Source: Octopus bimaculoides (Eukaryota). From it: a DNA stretch of 33,218 nucleotides. Where the stretch lies: NCBI RefSeq assembly GCF_001194135.2, contig NC_068999.1, positions 9,967,930 through 10,001,147 on the forward strand, written 5' to 3'. Position 1 is the stretch's first letter. Every line of letters begins with the position of its first letter. A model generated the notes under the pieces. It was not told the origin of the DNA. It made no database searches and saw only the letters and a program-made list of their open reading frames with translations. A program made the translations under genes and the position numbers. This document shows positions 1 to 10,585 of the stretch, piece by piece.

Positions 1-38
<38 letters not shown>

Positions 39-240
39 GCACAGGCACACACGCACACACACACACTGATCACTCATGAACATACATACACATACACACA
101 CATCAACACACATCCACACATACACACAGGCACGAACACACATACACAAACGCCGACGCCCATATACACAAACACACACACGCCTAAACAAAACCACACG
201 CATTCATGCTACACCATTAAACCCACTATAAACCAATAAC
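1..240. repeat. (CA)n microsatellite grading into degenerate CA-rich low-complexity sequence
   Basis: Pure (CA)n at 1-34 followed by interrupted CACA/CATACA units. Confidence 0.9.
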
Positions 241-257
241 AAAATCATTCAAATAGT

Positions 258-411
258 ATCATCATCGTCATCATCGCCATTATCGTCGTCATCATCATAT
301 CATCATCATCATCCTCATCATCATCATCCTCATCAGCATGATATTCATCACCATCATCATCTTCATCACAACCACCGCCATCTCCACCACCGTAACCATC
401 ACATACACTAA

Positions 412-477
<66 letters not shown>

Positions 478-565
478 TGTCGTCGTCGTCATCATCGTCA
501 TCGCCGCCGCCAATACAACCACCACCACCACCAACACCACCACGACGACCTCCAAAGTCACTACC
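258..565. repeat. Compound trinucleotide microsatellite (CAT)n/(CGT)n/(CAC)n
   Basis: Long pure (CAT)n at about 412-476 with CGT and CAC variants on either side. It explains the poly-D, poly-M and poly-I pseudo-ORFs. Confidence 0.9.
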
Positions 566-1453
566 NNNNNNNNNNNNNNNNNNNNNNNNNNNNNNNNNNN
601 NNNNNNNNNNNNNNNNNNNNNNNNNNNNNNNNNNNNNNNNNNNNNNNNNNNNNNNNNNNNNNNNNNNNNNNNNNNNNNNNNNNNNNNNNNNNNNNNNNNN
701 NNNNNNNNNNNNNNNNNNNNNNNNNNNNNNNNNNNNNNNNNNNNNNNNNNNNNNNNNNNNNNNNNNNNNNNNNNNNNNNNNNNNNNNNNNNNNNNNNNNN
801 NNNNNNNNNNNNNNNNNNNNNNNNNNNNNNNNNNNNNNNNNNNNNNNNNNNNNNNNNNNNNNNNNNNNNNNNNNNNNNNNNNNNNNNNNNNNNNNNNNNN
901 NNNNNNNNNNNNNNNNNNNNNNNNNNNNNNNNNNNNNNNNNNNNNNNNNNNNNNNNNNNNNNNNNNNNNNNNNNNNNNNNNNNNNNNNNNNNNNNNNNNN
1001 NNNNNNNNNNNNNNNNNNNNNNNNNNNNNNNNNNNNNNNNNNNNNNNNNNNNNNNNNNNNNNNNNNNNNNNNNNNNNNNNNNNNNNNNNNNNNNNNNNNN
1101 NNNNNNNNNNNNNNNNNNNNNNNNNNNNNNNNNNNNNNNNNNNNNNNNNNNNNNNNNNNNNNNNNNNNNNNNNNNNNNNNNNNNNNNNNNNNNNNNNNNN
1201 NNNNNNNNNNNNNNNNNNNNNNNNNNNNNNNNNNNNNNNNNNNNNNNNNNNNNNNNNNNNNNNNNNNNNNNNNNNNNNNNNNNNNNNNNNNNNNNNNNNN
1301 NNNNNNNNNNNNNNNNNNNNNNNNNNNNNNNNNNNNNNNNNNNNNNNNNNNNNNNNNNNNNNNNNNNNNNNNNNNNNNNNNNNNNNNNNNNNNNNNNNNN
1401 NNNNNNNNNNNNNNNNNNNNNNNNNNNNNNNNNNNNNNNNNNNNNNNNNNNNN
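566..1453. other. Assembly gap (largest of 14 N-runs)
   Basis: 888 N. Other gaps: 2709-2986, 5864-6278, 6722-6731, 8349-8429, 10322-10400, 14251-14413, 15108-15393, 16742-17062, 18069-18159, 19733-20358, 24979-24988, 28135-28175, 29542-30116. Confidence 0.98.
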
Positions 1454-1501
<48 letters not shown>

Positions 1502-1974
1502 TGTGTTTTTTGTGTATAGATAGACAGATAGATAAATAATAGATAGATAGATATATACACACAGACATGTGTATATGCATATGTGTGTAGGTATGTGTGT
1601 GTATCGTACATACGAACAAGCACATATACCCAAGAACTCAGAAGCGCATTTACAGATGTATGAACTTCGGCGCACATGTCCTCATTGAAGCTTCTCAATC
1701 GATATTAATCCGTTAATTTCTCTACCAGACTAGACCTCCCTCTCATCCATTGTACTTTCCACGGGGTGGTGGTGAGAGGATGCAAGAATTGGTGACTGGT
1801 AACATGCATCAGACACTAATTCACACGTCCAAACTCAGATTCAACCTTCTTCCGTCTCTTCTCCCACACTAAAATTCCATTAGTCGGAATACACACACAC
1901 ACGCACACATTTGTATGCATCTATGTCTGTGTATATGTATATATATGTATATATATATATATATATATACATAC

Positions 1975-2006
<32 letters not shown>

Positions 2007-4330
2007 GTGTATATATATACATACAGACATGTATATGTGTGTATATGTGTGCATCTACAAACATGCTTACATACACACACACACACACATATAGATGTGT
2101 GTGTATTACTTTCAAAACTATATCCTTAAGCAACTTCCTTCCAATATCTTCTTTTCACCGTCTTCCATTTTTTTTTCTTCATCTCTTTATTTATTTTTAT
2201 ATTTATATTATTTATCTATTAACTACTTGGTTTTGTTTTTTTTTTGTTTTTTTTCTTCTCTTTCTGCACTGCTTTTTCCTTTCTTTATTCTTAACATATT
2301 GTCTTGTGTTCGGTCCACCTTCAATCCATCTTGTTTCACTCCAATGCACATTGAATAGTTGCTCTCAATATCTGTAAACTTCTTCGTATTTTTTTACCTT
2401 TGCAGACAACATTTAATTTTTTTCTTCGTATTTTGTTGTTCTATTACAAACGCTTCATTTTTATTTTGTTATTGTGGTTTGGGATTGATTTTCTGTTTTA
2501 TTTTATTCATTTTCTTTTTTGTGTTCTTCGTAGCTAGTATTGTTAATGTTTCCATTATTTTTCCATGTATTTTGGATTTTGTATTTAGTATATATTGACA
2601 TTTTCCCTAAATTTATAACTTTGGTTGTTGCTCGGTTATACACAAACATCGTGTGTATACACATTTATACATACATACGTCTCTCTCTCTCTCTCTCTCT
2701 CTCTCTCTNNNNNNNNNNNNNNNNNNNNNNNNNNNNNNNNNNNNNNNNNNNNNNNNNNNNNNNNNNNNNNNNNNNNNNNNNNNNNNNNNNNNNNNNNNNN
2801 NNNNNNNNNNNNNNNNNNNNNNNNNNNNNNNNNNNNNNNNNNNNNNNNNNNNNNNNNNNNNNNNNNNNNNNNNNNNNNNNNNNNNNNNNNNNNNNNNNNN
2901 NNNNNNNNNNNNNNNNNNNNNNNNNNNNNNNNNNNNNNNNNNNNNNNNNNNNNNNNNNNNNNNNNNNNNNNNNNNNNNNNNNNNNNATATATATATATAT
3001 ATATATATACACTTAAAGAGAGATGAAGAGAGAGAGGCAAAAAACAGAAGTGTGCAAATGTGATTATTATAAGGTTTTAGGAGCGTAGAAGTGAAAATAA
3101 TATCGATAGGTTTCAAGTATATGTGTAATTAGGTAATATATATTTTTAGGATATAAAGATTCTTCGAAGGAATTTCAGACAGCACCAGCTTGTCATATGC
3201 ACTCTGATTGCTAATTACGTAATCACACAAAATTTTATGTGTGTGTGTTGTGTATGTGTGTATGTGTGTTCGCGTTCGCAAGTATGCGAGTTCATGACTG
3301 TTTATGGCACGCACAATGAATGCCGTTCAAGGTAAAGTTTTATTTTATTAAAATTTTCCACCTAAATCATTGAGAGAAAATAAATATCCCAGCAATAACT
3401 CTACCAACGATGAATGAAGTAGAAGTTCAACTAATTTGAAGAAATAAATAACTTTGCTCTTGAATTTAAAAGTCGATGGAGAAAGCACAATTTGATATGC
3501 CATTCGTATGTACGGATTCCTTTTGCCCTCTGTTGTACTTCAGCAGGCGATAGCATTGTTCCTTTTCGCTTCCTAACAGGTATGAGCAAGGAACCGTATA
3601 CTCAAGGAGTTTTGCACATTCTTCGTGAAGGGTAGCTTGCAGAATGTAGAGAAAAAGAAACTAAGAGAAACTAATTCAAAGGAAACAGCGACATGGACCA
3701 ATCAATACCTGTTATATTGAACACCAAAGAGAAGCGGGTAATTAAATAAAGATAGAAATATTGAGTAGATCTACTGCGAACAAAAGCATGTGGTGACTTC
3801 ATCAGTGGATGGCAACTAGAAAGACTTAATAGTTATCGAGATATCTCATATTAAGCAAAGCCGATGAAACATGACTAGTGACACCAAAAATAATAAATAG
3901 CAGCCAAAATATCGGGATCCTTTGAAAACCAATTCTCAGCTTGGAAACGGAATCATGTCATACATCACAAGACACAAGCATATGTTTCTATAATTCGCAG
4001 TAGCATTTTACAAATGTTGTTATGCCTTCGTAATTGGATGGCAAAGAGGAAGCTTAAACAAAATATTGTGCTTTATCTATCAGATCAGTGAATTGTTACG
4101 ATTTATACCTACGTATAAAGAATGGAGTCGAAATATCAAGAATTATGTTGTTGTATCATAGCCTATTAAAACAAATTACAAAATTGCTTGCTCTGTTTAT
4201 TACTTCATTATAGATTTATAAAGCTCTCTGTTTTTCTTTTTCTATATAATTCGAGATATTTTTATCGTTACATTTATATTCATTCCTGAGTTAGTTCCAA
4301 ATAACTTCTTTCGTTTTACTTTCTTGATTA

Positions 4331-4745
4331 CGAGGGTCAGCTGAAAAGTTTATAGGCTGGCCGAGATATTCATATGAAATATGACCAATAAGGTTTCCTT
4401 TTTAAATATAGTCCCCCTTGCAGTCCACACACTTCTTCCATCGGTATTGCAGTGCTTGAACCCCAGTGGTGAAGAAACTTTCACCATATTGGTAAAAACA
4501 GTTATCAATAGCAGATATGACGTCATCATCACTGCAACACTGGTTCCCAGCCAGGTACTTTTTACATGTTGGGGAACAGTTGATAGTCAGATATGAACAA
4601 ATTAAGAGAATAAGTAGGTCGAATAACCAGTTCAAAGCTACAGTTAAGCTCAGCAACCATTGGAACCATTGGAACCAAGGACTTTTGTGCTGCAGCATTG
4701 TCCTCATGAAATGAGACTCCATTCGTCAGTTTTCCTGGTCATTTA
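4331..4745 (-). mobile_element. Mariner (DD34D) transposon 3' fragment with one TIR; transposase pseudogene
   Basis: TA (4329-4330) followed by CGAGGGTCAGCTGAAAAGTT, a mariner-type TIR. The minus strand reads, with a frameshift, RPGKLTNGVSFHEDNAAAQKS...PTYSLNLFISDYQLFPN / KKYLAGNQCCSDDDVISAIDNCF...FFTTGVQALQYRWKKCVDCKGDYI. This matches the mariner HQDNAP..H, YSPDLAPSD and C-terminal RWxKCV..GDY motifs. The 5' half and second TIR are absent. There is an in-frame 9-bp duplication at 4655-4677. Confidence 0.9.
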
Positions 4746-5071
4746 ATTTTCTTAGGTTCGATTCCTCTCTTTCCGAAATTCTTCCATTTTAATTTTTTCT
4801 TGCACAATTGTCGGAGGAATTTAATATGGTCAGACCCGGAATGCAATGGGTTTCGCGGTGTCTAAAATGCCCAAGGCATTCTATGTGTCACATAGCACTA
4901 CGTCTGCATGTAAGAGCTACACACACACGCGCGCGCGCGCGCGCAAACACGCATACACACACAAACAAATATAGACACGCACGCAAACACTCAAGCACAG
5001 ACACACACACATAAATTACCTGGCTTATGTGTGTGTGTGTGTGCATGAATATACGTGTAATGTGTGTGTGA

Positions 5072-5073
<2 letters not shown>

Positions 5074-5167
<94 letters not shown>
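5074..5167. repeat. (TA)n-(GA)n compound microsatellite
   Basis: Directly visible. Confidence 0.95.
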
Positions 5168-5168
<1 letters not shown>

Positions 5169-5700
5169 CATCGACATATATATGAATAGTTACATTATTC
5201 ACGAACGCAAAACACGTACACACATATGCTGCGATAAGGAATTACAACAGATAATACACATAACGAACACAAAAAAAACCATACACACACACGCACACGC
5301 ACATACAACATCACACCTTATACGGGCACACTTTTGAACACAAGTACAGATATACACAACATACTTTATAGCATGCGGAACATCGATTAAAGAAAAAAGT
5401 TTTCATTTAACACTGTCTTACTGACAACTCGATGAATTATTCACTATCTAAAAAGTGATGGAAATGTCATCAGTATTTTGACTTTTACCAATTATTTATC
5501 TATTCGAACACACATATTTAATCATATACGTACGCATATACATAGCATAGAGGCTTGATCATCAGATCTTCATCCTGCATACACATATTTGTTCACATTT
5601 GAAATTCGCTGTTGTTATCTACATCATTACTGTCCTTATTCTTGTATAACGTAACGTCTCTAGATTTTTCCTCTCGGACATTATACTTATTTGCTTCAGC

Positions 5701-5787
5701 TTATGTATGTATGTATGTATGTATGTATGTATGTATGTATGTATGTATGTATTTATATATGCATGCACGTATGAGTATGTATATGTG

Positions 5788-5835
<48 letters not shown>
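5701..5835. repeat. (TATG)n and (TATC)n tetranucleotide microsatellites
   Basis: Directly visible. Confidence 0.95.
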
Positions 5836-6278
5836 CCCCTCTCTCTCTATCTCTGTTTATATANNNNNNNNNNNNNNNNNNNNNNNNNNNNNNNNNNNNN
5901 NNNNNNNNNNNNNNNNNNNNNNNNNNNNNNNNNNNNNNNNNNNNNNNNNNNNNNNNNNNNNNNNNNNNNNNNNNNNNNNNNNNNNNNNNNNNNNNNNNNN
6001 NNNNNNNNNNNNNNNNNNNNNNNNNNNNNNNNNNNNNNNNNNNNNNNNNNNNNNNNNNNNNNNNNNNNNNNNNNNNNNNNNNNNNNNNNNNNNNNNNNNN
6101 NNNNNNNNNNNNNNNNNNNNNNNNNNNNNNNNNNNNNNNNNNNNNNNNNNNNNNNNNNNNNNNNNNNNNNNNNNNNNNNNNNNNNNNNNNNNNNNNNNNN
6201 NNNNNNNNNNNNNNNNNNNNNNNNNNNNNNNNNNNNNNNNNNNNNNNNNNNNNNNNNNNNNNNNNNNNNNNNNNNNNN

Positions 6279-6318
<40 letters not shown>

Positions 6319-6682
6319 AATATTTCTCTTTCTTGATTTCTCATTCCTTCTTGTCTATTCTACTTTAGATTATTATACTTGTGTGTCTTTTCAACGCGTT
6401 AACACCAGTCACCAGCTACAGAAATATCACGAAATATCTATAGCAAGAAATAAACAAGAATTACAGAACAGTTTTGGAAAACACACCACTGCAGTCATCA
6501 GCTTCATTGCCACCACCAGTAGAACTCCTGGTGATGTCACTATCTAAGCTACTACTATCAGCGCCATCTATCACCATCATATTCAACATCATCATCATAT
6601 ACCTCACTTTTTCTTTAACCTCCGCCATCCATTTTCAACCATTGATAGGTTTGTCGTTATGTCACCAACACTACCCCCGAGT

Positions 6683-6721
<39 letters not shown>

Positions 6722-6740
6722 NNNNNNNNNNGCACTGCCG

Positions 6741-6870
6741 CCACCACCACCACCACCACCATGACAAAATATTAAAAAAAGAAAAGAAAAAACACACTAC
6801 CACCACCACCACCATGACAAAATATTAAAAAAAGAAAAGAAAAAACACACCACCACTACCACCAATGACA
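6741..6870. repeat. 53-bp tandem duplication (two full copies plus a partial third)
   Basis: ATGACAAAATATTAAAAAAAGAAAAGAAAAAACACAC starts at both 6761 and 6814, each preceded by (CCA)n. Confidence 0.85.
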
Positions 6871-8306
6871 GCATTATCTCCACTATCACAACCAACTGCA
6901 CCACCTTCGCTATGACCACCAGCATATCGTATTTAAATATTGTTGCAGCCTTCAAGCAACATTCAGCAGTTTTCAGCTAGGAATTTTCTCGAAGTATTTA
7001 AATCCATTTTATATCTTTTTTTCTTTTATTTTCTTATTCTTGTTCTTCATTCCTTAATATTTAGTTTGATGCAATATTCATTAAAAATCTTCATGAGTAA
7101 AACTAAAATTAAAAAGTTTTATAAAATAAACGAAAATTTTAAAGAATATTTTTAAAAAAACTTTTTTTAATTTTTTAAAATTTGTGCATGGATGTGATGA
7201 GTTAATGTGTGTGTGTGTTTGTGTGTTTGTGTGTATGTGCGTCCGTGAACAGAAAAATTATCTAACGCTTCGTGCAAACTTTGATGAATAGCCCTCCCTG
7301 AAATATTTGATGGAATTTCATTTCCTCGGAGCACACTATCGAACGTCATTTTTGCCTCCTGCTGAAGCTTCCCTGATGTAGAGAAACGCTTGCTTTTCTA
7401 TGAGGTGCTATGTTTCCTATTAAAGAGCAAGGATTCATGTGTATGAAATTAAATCGACAACTACGATCTGGCTACACCCACAGATGAATCGGGTGATAAA
7501 CCAGAATAATATGTCAACCATGTCTTAACATTTGGTCAGCAGAATTTATGGAGCAAGGACGAGCAAGGAAAGGCAAAATATAGAAATGAAATATTAATAT
7601 TGTCAGCGCCATATTTTTTAAGACAACTGCAACAGGGTAACTTAAAAACGGGAAGAGGTTAGAAGGAATTAAATCAGATCCAAGCAATATAGCTTAACGA
7701 AATTTGATGTACTCGAAAAAGAAGTAAAGATCTAATATACCTTCTTGCTATTTGTGGTTTGTAATGGTTTATCTAGCAGCGTGTTGTGAGTACAATAAAA
7801 ATAGCGATTATCTGTTGACTACATACTTATAGCATCAACATCAAATGACATAGGATGCTACCGAAAAGTCATTTTATTCCCCCACTTAGTTTTTGCTTTT
7901 CATTTTCCTTTATTTCCTTAATATTCATTGGCGCAAATTATTCGGAACGGCAGACTGTCATAACCTGGTGATTAATTACATGGCGTGATTAATTAATCAT
8001 GCCCACTACGTGAGCAGATTAATAATGTAGGTTCAAAAGATAATGGCGGACGGCAACGACTAATAAACTATAGGTGAGCTGAATAATCTTCCGTAATCCA
8101 CGGATTATTCCCGACAATTATGTGATATACGGCAGTATGGGATAATGCGTTCAACGAAGCAGCAACAAACAGCTAGGGGCGAATTTTGAACACGGGATAC
8201 ATAGAGACGTAATATAATAAGCCATTAATTGTAAAATATCATCTTAGCAATGCAAACAAGACTATACACACAAACACACACACACACACCCACACACACA
8301 CACACA

Positions 8307-8348
<42 letters not shown>

Positions 8349-8429
8349 NNNNNNNNNNNNNNNNNNNNNNNNNNNNNNNNNNNNNNNNNNNNNNNNNNNN
8401 NNNNNNNNNNNNNNNNNNNNNNNNNNNNN

Positions 8430-8467
<38 letters not shown>

Positions 8468-9194
8468 TATATATATTTTCTCTGGTCTTTTCCGTTCTCC
8501 TTTCTGACAAAGTGATATGGTCGAAACGTCAAAAACCTCTTTTTTTCACCTTTATTGATACGTTCCATATGCTCGTCGCCCTGTTTTGTTAACTCAGTAG
8601 TCTTACTACGCTATCTGTGGCCAAAATTAGCCGTATGAAGCAGCGGTGAAACCAAGATGTATTCTATATAAGATCAATGCAGTAGAGGCTGACATTTTCG
8701 AATTGCTTGTCCAGTACAATTTAAAATTATTTTTGTATACATCAAGTTCTGCAGAATTTCTGTTTTATTTATTTAATTTTTTTTGGGGGGTGGGGGTACG
8801 TTGTTGCACTCTACCGATCCTGTGAAATATGGACGGCAATAGGATAAATACCATTATGAAAGCATGTTGAATGTATTTGATTTAATAGCACCATGTTTAT
8901 GAATCTGAGTAAAATTCATTTCTTAGATATATTCTATATTTCTTCACTTGCAAATAATGTGTTTATAGCATAAAAAAAATTAATTAATGTAAATTTTTTC
9001 CAGATATTTCTATCGCTGATTACCGAGGAATTTTCAGCTACCAAAAATTCAAAGAGTTTTGCTACCCAAAATATGCTACGTTATACCCATAGAGATAATT
9101 ACTTTAAACTAAACATTCATTTATTTCGTTGTCAGGACAAAAAACGATTAAAGTGATATATACACGTAATAATAGTTTCATATTTTTGTAGAGG

Positions 9195-9376
9195 ATCTAC
9201 AATTTCGAAACAGGGGATAAGCCGATTATATCGATCTCAGTGCTCAAATGGTACTTATTTTACCGACTCAAAAAAGTCGATCTCGACAGAATTTGAACTC
9301 GGAGCGTAAAAAATGAACGAGATACAGCTAAGCGTTTTGTCCGGAACGGTAACGATTCAGCCAGCTCGCCGCCTTA
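9195..9376 (-). mobile_element. tRNA-derived SINE (octopus family with the GGGGTCGATAAAATAAGTACC central domain), near full length
   Basis: Minus strand: TAAGGCGGCGAGCTGGCTGAATCGTTACC (A-box-like TGGCTGAATCG) ... GAGTTCAAATTCT (B-box-like) ... GAGTCGGTAAAATAAGTACCATTTGAGCACTGAGATCGATATAATCGGCTTATCCCC. It matches an abundant octopus SINE from memory, and related fragments recur at 11781, 12028 and 32647 in this window. Confidence 0.8.
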
Positions 9377-9936
9377 TATGCACGTAATGATGAAGACATA
9401 AAAATATCGTCAGAATACGCAAGATTTGTTGAAAGTATCCAGTACATTTATATGTGAAACTTCGTCTGAATGCATTCTCAAGAAATCATGGAGTGGTGAT
9501 GGAGTTGTCCAACGGTCTTATGCAAATAGTAAGGCTCTGTTTTATATATTGAGTACTAGTAATGAAACAGTAAAATTCACAAGCATACTGTCGACGACAG
9601 ACTATCGAAGGCACTTAGGTTTGAACTTTCTTAAACTTACAGGTACGAGCGCAGTTTTGTTTTTTTTTTTCTTCACAAGCATACACGGGCTATCGTCCCA
9701 CCCAAGGACAGATTTTTCAGAGACACAAATATGTAGCAAACAAATTTGGCTCACAAAGTTTAACTCACAATATTTAAGCACACACACACACACTTACACA
9801 GTTATATATATATATATAGATATAGATACACACACACACACACACATATGTAGATACATGTATGATTTATGTAGATATACATGTACATATATATTTACAT
9901 ATATGCACATATAGAGCTATATACGTATATGATATG

Positions 9937-9940
<4 letters not shown>

Positions 9941-9993
<53 letters not shown>
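9941..9993. repeat. (TA)n microsatellite
   Basis: Directly visible. Confidence 0.95.
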
Positions 9994-9994
<1 letters not shown>

Positions 9995-10496
9995 GTACGA
10001 AAGAACGAGAAATAGCGTAAACAACATCACTTGCATACGCTAAAATATAGCGTCAGAATGAAACAAACCTGTCTCCATAAACAGATATATATGAGTAATA
10101 CATAACACATCTTCTATTCAAGCATAGCTGCCGGCTCCCATGTATTTCTCTGTATGGCCAAAAGGCAAGAATGAGTTATAATAGAAAAACACATTCTTAC
10201 ATGTAAATATATGTATATGTATGCATATATGAGCATATGGAAATTTATATGCACATACACAAACACACATAAATACATACATATGCATATATATTTACAT
10301 ATATATATATATATATATATANNNNNNNNNNNNNNNNNNNNNNNNNNNNNNNNNNNNNNNNNNNNNNNNNNNNNNNNNNNNNNNNNNNNNNNNNNNNNNN
10401 TATACATATATATATATACTCCCATATTTTCAGCTAAGAACTTCTCCGCACCCACAGCATCATCATCGCATCGTATATATAATTATCAGTATAAAT

Positions 10497-10513
10497 AGTA
10501 GTAGTATTAGTAT

Positions 10514-10585
<72 letters not shown>
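10497..10585. repeat. (TAG)n microsatellite
   Basis: Directly visible. It explains the poly-T, poly-L, poly-Y and poly-V pseudo-ORFs. Confidence 0.95.

Noticed and set aside
245-1698. Long ORFs (350-476 aa), including a Gly/Asp-rich segment
   Set aside because: They are read-throughs of an 888-N gap plus (CAT)n/(CAC)n/(TA)n repeats. The same applies to all gap-spanning ORFs in the track.
3470-3640. Minus-strand open frame ATLHEECAKLLEYTVPCSYLLGSEKEQCYRLL...
   Set aside because: About 56 codons, weak AAG acceptor, no recognisable family; consistent with chance.
5444-5470. SECIS-like ATGA...AAAA...GA string
   Set aside because: Helix II has only 5 bp and the non-Watson-Crick quartet geometry is not met.
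6741-6870. 53-bp tandem duplication as a functional minisatellite
   Set aside because: Low complexity and 10 bp from a 10-N contig join, so it may be an assembly overlap artefact. Kept only as a feature.
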